Source: Gemmatimonadales bacterium
GTDB lineage: Bacteria; Gemmatimonadota; Gemmatimonadetes; Gemmatimonadales; GWC2-71-9
DNA length: 19,621 nt
Assembly: GCA_041613315.1 (NCBI GenBank)
Contig: JBFJHJ010000046.1
Span: 1-19,621 of the forward strand
Reading direction: 5' to 3'
Made by a program: the position numbers and the translations under genes. Within the stretch, counting starts at the first letter, position 1; each line of letters starts with the position of its first letter. This document shows positions 1 to 7,845 of the stretch, piece by piece. The notes below the pieces were generated by a model. It saw only the letters and a list, made by a program, of their open reading frames with translations. It made no database searches and was not told where the DNA came from.

Positions 1-302
1 AAGTTCTCGGCGCCCAGCCGCATCGCCTCGACTGCCGACTCCACCTCGCCGTACGCGGTGAGCATGACCACCGTCGCGCCCTTCCGACGCAAGGCCTCCA
101 GCACCTCGATGCCGTTCATTTCCGGCATGAAAAGGTCCAGGATCGTGACGTCAGGGTTCACGCGGTCGAAGACCGCAATCCCCTCCTGGCCGGACGGCGC
201 GCGATGCACCTCGTGCCCCAGCCGCTGGAAATAGTCACCCAGCGACCGCAGGACCGCGGCGTCGTCGTCGATGAACAGGACTCGATACGGCACGCGTGGC
301 AT
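1..302 (-). CDS. Response regulator, N-terminal receiver domain, probably NtrC/AtoC-type sigma54 activator (runs off the left edge)
   Basis: Manual translation (not in ORF track): MPRVPYRVLFIDDDAAVLRSLGDYFQRLGHEVHRAPSGQEGIAVFDRVNPDVTILDLFMPEMNGIEVLEALRRKGATVVMLTAYGEVESAVEAMRLGAEN. Has the acidic DDD pocket, phospho-Asp in ILDLFMP, and LTAYG/AVEAMRLGA typical of NtrC-family receivers. GAGGGAG upstream; alternative GTG start at 293. Confidence 0.9.
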   Translation of the reverse strand, partial: MPRVPYRVLFIDDDAAVLRSLGDYFQRLGHEVHRAPSGQEGIAVFDRVNPDVTILDLFMPEMNGIEVLEALRRKGATVVMLTAYGEVESAVEAMRLGAEN

Positions 303-411
303 CTCCCTCGCTCTAACACTCTCTGTTATCGGCAGCCCGAAGCGGGAATGGAGCCGACCGGACCCCGGCTCTCGACTCGGCTCGGGTGGCCCTTTCCGCC
401 AACAGAGGAGT

Positions 412-427
412 TGCACGTGTCGTGCCG
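412..427 (-). promoter_or_regulatory. sigma54 (RpoN) -24/-12 promoter
   Basis: Minus strand CGGCACGACACGTGCA vs consensus TGGCACG-N4-TTGCW; GG (426-425), exactly 10 nt, GC (414-413); points at the response regulator about 110 nt downstream. Confidence 0.7.
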
Positions 428-454
428 CGAGGGAGTTTCGAGGTTGAGGACCTA

Positions 455-479
455 CAAGTCGTTTATTGACAATGAATTA
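455..479. promoter_or_regulatory. IHF-like AT-rich site(s) upstream of the sigma54 promoter
   Basis: Minus strand AATAAACGACTTG (467-455) has 1 mismatch to WATCAANNNNTTR; plus strand TGACAATGAATTA has 2 mismatches; AT-rich island about 30-50 bp upstream of the -24 element. Confidence 0.5.
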
Positions 480-599
480 TGCGACAGATGTAGTCGACCG
501 CTGAACTGTGCACCAACCGCGCTGAGACCGTTCGGTAACCGTGCGGGTGACGACCGCCGGCCCGGTGGGCCCGTGGCGCGCTCGCGAGACCTTCCAGGC

Positions 600-1409
600 T
601 TAGACCGGCTGGGGTTGCGGCCAGCGTGACTCGACCGGTGTGGCGACCGGCGGAACGAGGGCTGCCAGGGCACGGACGCTATCCGGGGCGTGTCCTTCGA
701 ACCGATGTCCGACGTAGCCGAAGATCGTACTCACCTGCCCGGACAGGATCCTCAGCGCGCGCTGCCACCGCCGGCGTTCGGCAACGCGGTCATGCTGGGC
801 CCGCGAGACATCCAGGAGTCCCCCCACGCCGTCCCAGCGCACGTACGCGAAGTCGGCCGTCGGTTGCGCGGCCAGGTCGAGCACGCGCGGCCGCGGGAGC
901 CAGCGTCCGTCGGCCAGCACGAGCGCCACGTTGTGGGCGCGGAGTAGGTCGAGGGTTGGCCGATCGACCCACCCGCGGTGCCGGAACTCCACAGCCCAGC
1001 GCAGCCCGTCCGGAAGCGCGGCGAGGAAGCGGGCGAGAGTGCTTCGGGTTTCGCTACGGGGGGCGAATGCGGGGCTCAAGGCAATGCGAATCGGTCCCAA
1101 CCGCGCCCCCAGCCGGCGCGCCCTCGCACAGAACTCGAAGAGCGTGCTGGAGCCGCCGGCGAGTCGATGCTCGTGTGTCATTGTGAGTGGAAGCGTGAGC
1201 GCGAACGTGAACGCCTCAGGCACCGCGGCCGCCCAATCCAGGAGGACCGGCTCCGCCGGCACGGCGAGCGCCGTCTCCGGCACTTCCACGGTGGAAAAGG
1301 CCTCCGCGTAGATGGGAAGCATCGCCTCGGGCCGCGTCCCGGCGGGATAGAACGAACCGATCCAGCCGTCGTGCCGCCACCCTTGAGTTCCCAACAGGAT
1401 GTCGGCCAT
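600..1409 (-). CDS. DUF72 (YecE-like) TIM-barrel protein with degenerate conserved motifs
   Basis: ILLGTQGW...W.GSFYP, F.TVEV, LG.RLGP, AVEFRHRGW, TADFAYVRW.G are DUF72 hallmarks. Confidence 0.88.
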   Translation of the reverse strand: MADILLGTQGWRHDGWIGSFYPAGTRPEAMLPIYAEAFSTVEVPETALAVPAEPVLLDWAAAVPEAFTFALTLPLTMTHEHRLAGGSSTLFEFCARARRLGARLGPIRIALSPAFAPRSETRSTLARFLAALPDGLRWAVEFRHRGWVDRPTLDLLRAHNVALVLADGRWLPRPRVLDLAAQPTADFAYVRWDGVGGLLDVSRAQHDRVAERRRWQRALRILSGQVSTIFGYVGHRFEGHAPDSVRALAALVPPVATPVESRWPQPQPV

Positions 1410-1817
1410 TCAGCGCTCCCCGTCGGCGGGGGCGCGCAGAAAGTACAGGCGCATTTCGCTGATGGCCTCACCCTCCGTCTCGCAGAACATCGCACCCCGG
1501 ACGTCCATGCGTTGGCCGGTCCGGCGGCGGCGGAACGTACACTTGAACTCGGTCGAGAACCAGGGACCCGCTGCGTAGATCTCCCCGAATCGGAACTTGA
1601 TCTCGGCCTGCTCCTGCGGAATGGTTTTCCAGTAGCCCTCGATCGTTTGCCGGCCCGTGATCGGACCCTCGAACGGATCGGGGATGAACACGCCGGTTGG
1701 AGTGAAGACCGCGGCCATCTGGTCTGCCCGTCCCGCTTCCCACGCGTCCGCGAACTGCTGAACCATGGTAGCGTACCGCGCGCGAAGCAGCTTCCACTCG
1801 GATGGGGTCGCCGTCAT
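1410..1817 (-). CDS. SnoaL-like / NTF2-family protein
   Basis: FADAWEAGRADQMAAVFT...DPFEGPITGRQTIEGYW followed by beta strands ending ISEMRLYF; ATG at 1817 preferred over GTG at 1838; stop abuts the DUF72 start. Confidence 0.8.
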   Translation of the reverse strand: MTATPSEWKLLRARYATMVQQFADAWEAGRADQMAAVFTPTGVFIPDPFEGPITGRQTIEGYWKTIPQEQAEIKFRFGEIYAAGPWFSTEFKCTFRRRRTGQRMDVRGAMFCETEGEAISEMRLYFLRAPADGER

Positions 1818-1982
1818 GCGGGATCGCCCGGGCCGCACCCCAGTCGCGGGGCGTCCTCCGGTCTTCGATCCGCCGTCCGAGATGACGCACCCGCGCCGCC
1901 CGGCGGAAGGGTCGACGGCGGGATCCCTGAAGACATTATTTCGAATCGCCGATCGCAGTTGGAGCGCGTTTCTGGACAGCGG

Positions 1983-2927
1983 ATGCCACCGACACCTCTC
2001 ATAATCGACACCGATCCGGGCATCGACGACGTCGTGGCCCTCGGCTTGGCCGTCCGATCACCGGAGCTGCGAGTCCAGGCCGTGACCACAAGCTATGGGA
2101 ATGCGACCCTCGCCGCGACTACCCGGAACGCGCGCGAGGTGCTGCGGCTGGCAGGGCGCCCGGACATTCCGGTGTGCCCCGGTGCCGACCGACCGCTCGT
2201 GCGACCACTCGTCACCGCGCCGGAGACGCACGGCCGCACCGGGGTGGGCCATGCGCCGGTACCTCCTGAGACGGCCGCTCAACCAAACCCGGCCGCACTC
2301 GCCGAGGAGCTGGCCCGTGCGCCCGGCTCGGTGATCCTGGTGACGATGGGGCCGCTCACCAATCTGGCCCACGCCCTAGATCGTGACGCGGAGCTGGTAC
2401 GGCGGCGTGTCGTTCGGCACATCGGGATGTTCGGCAACATCCGCGAACGAGGCAACACCAACCGCTGGGCCGACTTCAACGCCTGGAGCGATCCCGAGGC
2501 CACGCGACGGGTACTGCACGCCGCCCTCCCCAGCGTGATGGTGGGGCTGGACGTGACGCGACGCATGACGTTCTCGACGACGGAAGTCGAGCGGTTCGCC
2601 GCGGCTCGCGACCCACTGGTGCGGTGGCTTGGCATGGCCCTCCGTTTCTACGTCGAGTTCCATCGCGCTCAGGAACGGCTGGACGGCTGCGTCGTCAACG
2701 ACGTGCTCACGGTCGGCGAGCTCCTCGCGCCGGGGCTCCTGACCGTCGAGACCATGACGCTGGACGTCGACCTTGACGATGACGAGCACCGCGGGCATAC
2801 AAGAGAGCGAGACGGCGGCGCGCGCACCGCCGTCGCTATGATGGTAGATGTCAGGCGTATGCGCCGGCTGTTGGGACGCATCTTCGGCACGGAATGGGAA
2901 GATCCCTCAAACCAGAGCGGGCGGTGA
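1983..2927 (+). CDS. Inosine/uridine-preferring nucleoside hydrolase family protein
   Basis: IIDTDPGIDD Ca2+-binding motif, GN, HGRTG, GPLTNLA, DFNAWSDPEA, VGLDVT. True start is ATG 1983 inside the 978..2927 ORF. Confidence 0.93.
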   Translation: MPPTPLIIDTDPGIDDVVALGLAVRSPELRVQAVTTSYGNATLAATTRNAREVLRLAGRPDIPVCPGADRPLVRPLVTAPETHGRTGVGHAPVPPETAAQPNPAALAEELARAPGSVILVTMGPLTNLAHALDRDAELVRRRVVRHIGMFGNIRERGNTNRWADFNAWSDPEATRRVLHAALPSVMVGLDVTRRMTFSTTEVERFAAARDPLVRWLGMALRFYVEFHRAQERLDGCVVNDVLTVGELLAPGLLTVETMTLDVDLDDDEHRGHTRERDGGARTAVAMMVDVRRMRRLLGRIFGTEWEDPSNQSGR

Positions 2928-2957
2928 GCCGCGCCGATCGGGACAGCGGAACGGACC

Positions 2958-3908
2958 ATGGCGGACGGAAAGATTCACGTGGCGGTGGTGGGCGCCGGCG
3001 ACATCGGTTGCGGGTGGGCGGCGCTGTGCGTGGCCGCCGGGTGGCCGGTCACGATCTACGATCCCGCACAGCAGGCGCTCGCCGATGCTCCGGCGGCGAT
3101 CGCCGACCGGGCCCGGGCGCTCGTGACGCTCGAACGCGCCGAATCGTGGGCGGCGGAAGCCGGCCTTGCCGCGCTCACCGCCGGCCGGAGCCTGTTGCAC
3201 GCGTGCGGCGAGGCCGAGTGGATCATCGAGGCTGGGCCGGAGGAGCTCCTGACCAAGCAGAAGCTCTTCGAGTCCATCGAGTCTGTCGCCGGACGGGCGC
3301 GCGCGATCACGAGCTCGTCCAGTGGTCTGCTACCCAAGGACATTGCCGCGCGGTGCCGCCGTCAGGAGCGCTGCCTGGTCGCACACCCCCTCAATCCCCC
3401 GGAGCTGATCCCGCTGGTCGAACTGCTCGGGGGTCCAGAGACGGACCCGGCGATCGTGGAGCTGACCAAGGGGTGGCTCCGCACCCTCGGCCGTATCCCC
3501 GTCGTGATCCGCAAACCGGTGCGGGGCAACGTGGCGAGCCGCATCGCGGCCGCGGTATGGCGCGAGGCGATCGCCCTCGTGCTGGAAGGCGCGATCGACG
3601 TCGCCGACCTCGACCGGGCGATCTCCGTCGGTCCGGCCCTCGGCTGGGCGGCGGCGGGCCCCCACCTCACGTACCACCTGGCCGCGGGCGAGCGGGGGGT
3701 CACCGTTTTTCTCCAGCATCTGTTGCAGACGTTCGAATCGCTGTGGGAAGATCTCGCCGACTGGAAGAGCCTCGAGCCTGACCAGGTCCGTCGGCTCACC
3801 CACCTGATCGAGGCGGCGTACGCCGAGGACATCGAGCGCATCCGTCCGGCACGGGACCGCCGGCTGGCCGCGATCCTCCGGGCGTTGGAGCGGGCGAAAG
3901 AGCGGTAG
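2958..3908 (+). CDS. 3-hydroxyacyl-CoA dehydrogenase NAD-binding family protein (L-carnitine dehydrogenase / lambda-crystallin-like)
   Basis: VAVVGAGDIG Rossmann motif, IIEAGPE..K, SSSSG, HPLNPPELIPLVE catalytic His/Glu, WREA..LV..G, GP...W...GP. Confidence 0.88.
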   Translation: MADGKIHVAVVGAGDIGCGWAALCVAAGWPVTIYDPAQQALADAPAAIADRARALVTLERAESWAAEAGLAALTAGRSLLHACGEAEWIIEAGPEELLTKQKLFESIESVAGRARAITSSSSGLLPKDIAARCRRQERCLVAHPLNPPELIPLVELLGGPETDPAIVELTKGWLRTLGRIPVVIRKPVRGNVASRIAAAVWREAIALVLEGAIDVADLDRAISVGPALGWAAAGPHLTYHLAAGERGVTVFLQHLLQTFESLWEDLADWKSLEPDQVRRLTHLIEAAYAEDIERIRPARDRRLAAILRALERAKER

Positions 3909-3974
3909 CGCCGCGCTTGACGCCCGCGGACAGCGGCAAGCGAATGATGGAAACCGACGGACGGCGAAGCGCGG

Positions 3975-5138
3975 TTACGCCGCCACGAGCAGCCCGGTCG
4001 CGTACATGATGAGCAACCCGGCGAGCACGCCGCCCGCCGTGAGCGGCGTCCACAGCGCGCCGTCGGTCTCCCGGCCCACCACTCGGTAGAGGGCGATCAC
4101 CACCTGGGCGATCGCGCCAGCCCCAACCGCGAGGAAGAGCGTGGAGAAGATCGGCGAGTAGGCGAGGCCGCCGATCCATGCGCCGAGCACGGTGGGAGCA
4201 CCGGCCAGGAGTCCGAGGCCGACCAGCATCGCGAGCGTGGGGCGGTCCTTCGCGATCGGCGCGACGATCCCCAGCCCCTCCGTGGTGTTGTGGAGCATGA
4301 ACCCGATGATCAGGAACGCGCCCAGCGCCGCATGGCCAAGTGAGTACGCAGCACCGATCGCCAGTCCCTCGCCGAGGTTGTGAAGTCCGATCCCCAAGGC
4401 GATGAGAACGGCCACCATCCGGCGTTCGTCCGCTCCGCCCCGCTGCACCCGCGCGCGGGACAGCATCTGGAGAATCAAGACCGTCCCGAGCGCACCCACC
4501 ACAACGAGAATCGTGCCCTGGAACGCTCCCGCCACCTGCTGGGCCGCCTCTAGGCCCTCGTGCAGGGCGTCGGCGCCCAAGAAGACGAGGAGGCCTGCCG
4601 TGAGGGCAAGGGCGAAGTGGATCCAGCGCGGCTCCAAACGCCGTAGCATCGGGTACCACAGCAGCCCGATGGCGACCGGAATGATGCCGACGTAGAGACC
4701 GATCAGGGCAAACACGCCGAGGAACTTCAAATCGGCCGGCGGGGTGACCGTGGCTACCGGAATCTCGTGCGTGAACGTGAGTCCGGTGGACGTGAGGAGC
4801 GTGACCTCGTGCGGCTCGTCAGGCACCCACGGGAACGGGATGGTGATGGTCGCGCGACCGAGCCGACGCACCGTGGCTGACGGGCCGATGGTGAAATCCC
4901 AGAACGCGTCATCCACGAGCACCTGCGCGATGGTGACCGGGTCGGGGCCGCCGTTCACCACCTGGACCGTGATCATGTCGGGGGCCAGGGTCACGCGGTC
5001 GAACGTGAGCTCTTCCACCGGCGGGACGCCCCGCCTCAGAAAATCGAGGAGGCCGGTGTTGGCCACGACGAGCGAGAGCCCACCCAGCAACGCCACCGGG
5101 AGGAGCCCCCAGAGCCACAGCTTCGCTTTGGGACTCAC
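3975..5138 (-). CDS. ZIP (ZupT/GufA) family divalent metal transporter with N-terminal extracytoplasmic domain
   Basis: HNLGEG and HNTTEG metal-site motifs on TM4/TM5 and many hydrophobic helices; GTG start at 5138 overlaps the upstream TGA (GTGA). Confidence 0.9.
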   Translation of the reverse strand: MSPKAKLWLWGLLPVALLGGLSLVVANTGLLDFLRRGVPPVEELTFDRVTLAPDMITVQVVNGGPDPVTIAQVLVDDAFWDFTIGPSATVRRLGRATITIPFPWVPDEPHEVTLLTSTGLTFTHEIPVATVTPPADLKFLGVFALIGLYVGIIPVAIGLLWYPMLRRLEPRWIHFALALTAGLLVFLGADALHEGLEAAQQVAGAFQGTILVVVGALGTVLILQMLSRARVQRGGADERRMVAVLIALGIGLHNLGEGLAIGAAYSLGHAALGAFLIIGFMLHNTTEGLGIVAPIAKDRPTLAMLVGLGLLAGAPTVLGAWIGGLAYSPIFSTLFLAVGAGAIAQVVIALYRVVGRETDGALWTPLTAGGVLAGLLIMYATGLLVAA

Positions 5139-6130
5139 GCGACGCCGTCCTGCACGTCGAACACGCCCATCCATCCCAGCTCGGCGAACTCCGACTGGTG
5201 GGCGTGGAACATGAACGGTCCCGCATGCTGGTACGTGAACTCGATGATGTGGCGCTCCCCCTGACACATCATCAGCGTGTCCGTGAAGTCGTGCGGCTCG
5301 AGCGACGTGCCGGTTCGGTAAACGTGAAAGAAGTTTCCGTGGAGGTGCATCGAGTTCACGAGATCGAATTCCAGCACGTTCACCAGGTAGAGCCGTTGCA
5401 GCTCGCCCTTGCGCACCGGGATCGCGTGCTTCTGGTAGGCAAACGCCACCGTGTTCGCGGCGTACACCTCATTCTCGCCGTCGAAGTTGGTGTCGAAGCC
5501 GTTGAGCACCATCACCATCTCGCGCGCCGGCGGCCGCGGAGTCTTCGGATCCACGATGAACGTGCCGTAGAGACCCTTCGCGATGTGCTTCTTCAAGGGC
5601 ATGCTGTGGCAGTGATAGAGGTGAAGCCCGAACGGCTCGGCATCGAATTCGTAGACGAACGTCTCGCCCGGCATCACCGGTTCGAACACCCCGTCCATAT
5701 TCGCAGCATGGAATCCGTGAAAATGGATCGTGTGCGGATGGGTGCCGGAGTTGAAGAACCGCACCCGGATCAGGTCGCCCTCCGTGGCGCGGATCGTCGG
5801 ACCCGGGACCTGCCCGTTGTAGGTCCACGCCGGATAGAACACGCCGGGCGCGACCTCGATCTCGCGGTCCACCGCCGTGATCTCGAACTCGCGCAGCGTC
5901 CGCCCGGACGGCAGGCGGCTCACCTGCCCGTAATCGAAATGCTCGAGAAAAGTGAGCGGATCGATGGACGCGCGACGTACCTCGCCCACCGTGCCCGCGG
6001 CCATCGGATCGTGGGCTCGCGAGGCGAGACGCTCGGTCGCCCGCAACGTCTCTCCCACCACCGCGAGACCCGCCGCCCCGACGGCGCCGCGCTTCAAGAG
6101 GTCGCGTCGGCTCATCGCTCGTTCGCTCAT
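5135..6130 (-). CDS. Tat-exported two-domain multicopper oxidase
   Basis: SRRDLLK twin-arginine signal; WTYNGQVPGPTIRATEGD; HPHTIHFHG; YHCHSMPLKKHIAKGL; MHLHG; FHAHQSEFAELGWMG. ATG at 6130 with GGAGGGGG upstream. Confidence 0.93.
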   Translation of the reverse strand: MSERAMSRRDLLKRGAVGAAGLAVVGETLRATERLASRAHDPMAAGTVGEVRRASIDPLTFLEHFDYGQVSRLPSGRTLREFEITAVDREIEVAPGVFYPAWTYNGQVPGPTIRATEGDLIRVRFFNSGTHPHTIHFHGFHAANMDGVFEPVMPGETFVYEFDAEPFGLHLYHCHSMPLKKHIAKGLYGTFIVDPKTPRPPAREMVMVLNGFDTNFDGENEVYAANTVAFAYQKHAIPVRKGELQRLYLVNVLEFDLVNSMHLHGNFFHVYRTGTSLEPHDFTDTLMMCQGERHIIEFTYQHAGPFMFHAHQSEFAELGWMGVFDVQDGVA

Positions 6131-6177
6131 ACCGTCCCCCTCCGTCACGGTCTCCCGCGTCGTGCTCCGAGCGGGCC

Positions 6178-6888
6178 TCATCCGACCTCCCCCGCGACCC
6201 TCACGCAGAGCAGCGACAGGGCGAGCTCGTGTCCGATGACCTGCTCCCGCTCGGCGTCGCGGCGGGCGCGCACCAGGCGAATCGTGATCGGCCCGTTGAA
6301 TGGCTGTCGCGAGATCACGTCGAAGGCGACCCCGGGCTTGAGTCCGAGGGACGCGATGTAGCGCAGCAACTCCGAGTCCTTGTCGCTCACCATGCGGAGC
6401 TCCGCCGTCGTCCCCACCGCGATCTCCGCCAGCGGGGTCAAGTCCGGCTCCTCGATCTCCCCGGTCTGAGTCGGGATGGGGGCCCCATGGGGATCGTAGC
6501 GGGGGTTTCCCAGCGCCATGGCCATGCGCTCGATCAGCCCGTCGGAGACGGCGTGTTCCATCCGCTCGGCCTCCTCGTGGACCGAATCCCAATCGTAGCC
6601 CAGCTTCGTGGTCAGGTACGTCTCCAGGATCCGATGCCGCCGCATCATCCGGAGCGCCGCCCGCCGCCCAGTACGGGTCAGCTGAACACCGCGGTAGGGC
6701 ACGTGCTCCAGCAGACCGGACTCGGACAGCCGCTTGACCATGCCGGTCACCGACGGCGGCGCCACGTCCAGTGCCTGGGCGATCGCGCTGGTCTGCGCGG
6801 CGCCGCCTCGAGCCTCGAGGGCGTAGATGGCCTTGAGGTAGTCCTCCGTAGACCGGCTGAAGCCGGTCGCCTTCGCATCCGCGATCAT
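6178..6888 (-). CDS. DtxR/MntR/IdeR-family metal-dependent repressor with C-terminal FeoA (SH3-like) domain
   Basis: STEDYLKAIY, VAPPSVTGMVKRL, RRHRILETYL, VHEEAERMEHAVS, DPHGAPIP, LLRYIASLGLKPG. Confidence 0.95.
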   Translation of the reverse strand: MIADAKATGFSRSTEDYLKAIYALEARGGAAQTSAIAQALDVAPPSVTGMVKRLSESGLLEHVPYRGVQLTRTGRRAALRMMRRHRILETYLTTKLGYDWDSVHEEAERMEHAVSDGLIERMAMALGNPRYDPHGAPIPTQTGEIEEPDLTPLAEIAVGTTAELRMVSDKDSELLRYIASLGLKPGVAFDVISRQPFNGPITIRLVRARRDAEREQVIGHELALSLLCVRVAGEVG

Positions 6889-6904
6889 GAGCGAGCCCCC
6901 GGTT

Positions 6905-6968
6905 ACACGCTCGGCTAAAACACGACTTAACCGGCCCTAAAAGTACAATACTACACGGCCGAAAGCAA
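6905..6968 (-). promoter_or_regulatory. sigma70-type promoter with overlapping DtxR-family operator
   Basis: Minus strand TTGCTT (6968-6963), 17 nt, TACTTT (6945-6940); imperfect palindrome TTAGGGCCGGTTAA (6940-6927) abuts the -10; TTTTAG repeats 22 bp downstream. Confidence 0.65.
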
Positions 6969-6983
6969 TCCGCGCCGAGAGAG

Positions 6984-7556
6984 TCAGACGATCAACTCCC
7001 TGAAACCACTGAGGATACGGTGGGTCATGCCCCACACGACGTGCGTACCGAGGAGGAAGGCTGGGACGATCCGGCTGGTGTCGCGAATCGTCACCTCGGT
7101 CTCTGATTCGCGCTCCATCAGGGCGTCGAAGACTGTCCAGAGATGCAACTCGACTTCGTCGCTGGCACGGATCTCGGGCCGCGCCGGGAGGCCGAAGACG
7201 AACGGACGCACAACGACCGGCGGCAGGATCCGCGTCCGGGGCTCGAGATCGTCCAGCTCTCCCAGGAGTTCGCCCGGCCCCAGCACGATGCCGGTCTCCT
7301 CCCGGGCCTCGCGCCGGGCCGTGGTCAACAGGTCGGGGTCGCCGCGCTCCCGCCGGCCACCGGGAAGCGCCATCTGACCGGACCAGGGATCCCCCTCACG
7401 CTCGGCCCGCTTAATGAGCAGGATGTCGAGCGCGCCGGAGGGGCCCGCCGCCAGCACGACGGCAACGGCGGCCTCGATGCCGCCACTCGCGTCCACCCGC
7501 TGCGGCACCCGGGCTGCGAGCCGGCCGCGCACGTGCTCGAATGGATCGGGACTCAC
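6984..7556 (-). CDS. Nudix hydrolase, CoA pyrophosphatase-like
   Basis: AAVAVVL...LLIKRAEREGDPWSGQMALPGGRRERGD...TARREAREETG (Nudix box plus CoA-type GQxAxPGG), VVWGMT; GTG start at 7556 inferred. Confidence 0.9.
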   Translation of the reverse strand: MSPDPFEHVRGRLAARVPQRVDASGGIEAAVAVVLAAGPSGALDILLIKRAEREGDPWSGQMALPGGRRERGDPDLLTTARREAREETGIVLGPGELLGELDDLEPRTRILPPVVVRPFVFGLPARPEIRASDEVELHLWTVFDALMERESETEVTIRDTSRIVPAFLLGTHVVWGMTHRILSGFRELIV

Positions 7557-7695
7557 AGAGGGATCGCCGACGGTGATCGAACGGTCATCGCAGTTCGGGG
7601 TACGGTGATGTGAACCACGGCGCCCAGGGGCATTGTGGTGCACTATATTCCGTGCGGGGTGGAGAGGTCCGGGACACCATTCACCATGCCAGGAG

Positions 7696-7839
7696 GTGCC
7701 TATCCGTATCTTCGGTGTCGGTTTGCTTGCGCTCGCGACCGTCGCGGCTGCCAGCTTCCTGCTGAGCCGCCGTCTCTTCGTCGCGGCGGCCGGCCGCCGT
7801 AAGGGCGTGGTCAACTCGCTCTACGCAGCCGGTCTCTGA
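7696..7839 (+). CDS. Putative small single-TM protein (45-47 aa)
   Basis: AGGAGG at 7691-7696; (VP)IRIFGVGLLALATVAAASFLLSRRLFVAAAGRRKGVVNSLYAAGL; GC3-rich codons; hairpin immediately after the stop. Confidence 0.55.
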   Translation: MPIRIFGVGLLALATVAAASFLLSRRLFVAAAGRRKGVVNSLYAAGL

Positions 7840-7845
7840 CCAGGT

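Noticed and set aside
978..1982. 335-aa N-terminal extension of the 649-aa ORF, suggesting a fused nucleoside hydrolase
   Set aside because: Antisense to the real DUF72 and SnoaL genes; the family motif begins right after ATG 1983.
3911..3974. CCGCGCTT...AAGCGCGG inverted repeat between convergent genes
   Set aside because: An 8-bp stem with a 48-nt loop is expected by chance at this GC content.
5135..6130. Calling the MCO nirK
   Set aside because: It has four HxH trinuclear-cluster motifs and an axial Leu, and sits in a metal-repressor/ZIP context rather than a denitrification one.
6131..6592. Long N-terminal extension of the MCO ORF
   Set aside because: Overlaps the DtxR gene in another frame; the Tat signal and RBS place the start at 6130.
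7557..7814. N-terminal extension of the Nudix ORF
   Set aside because: Non-family, low-complexity sequence antisense to the better-supported small ORF.
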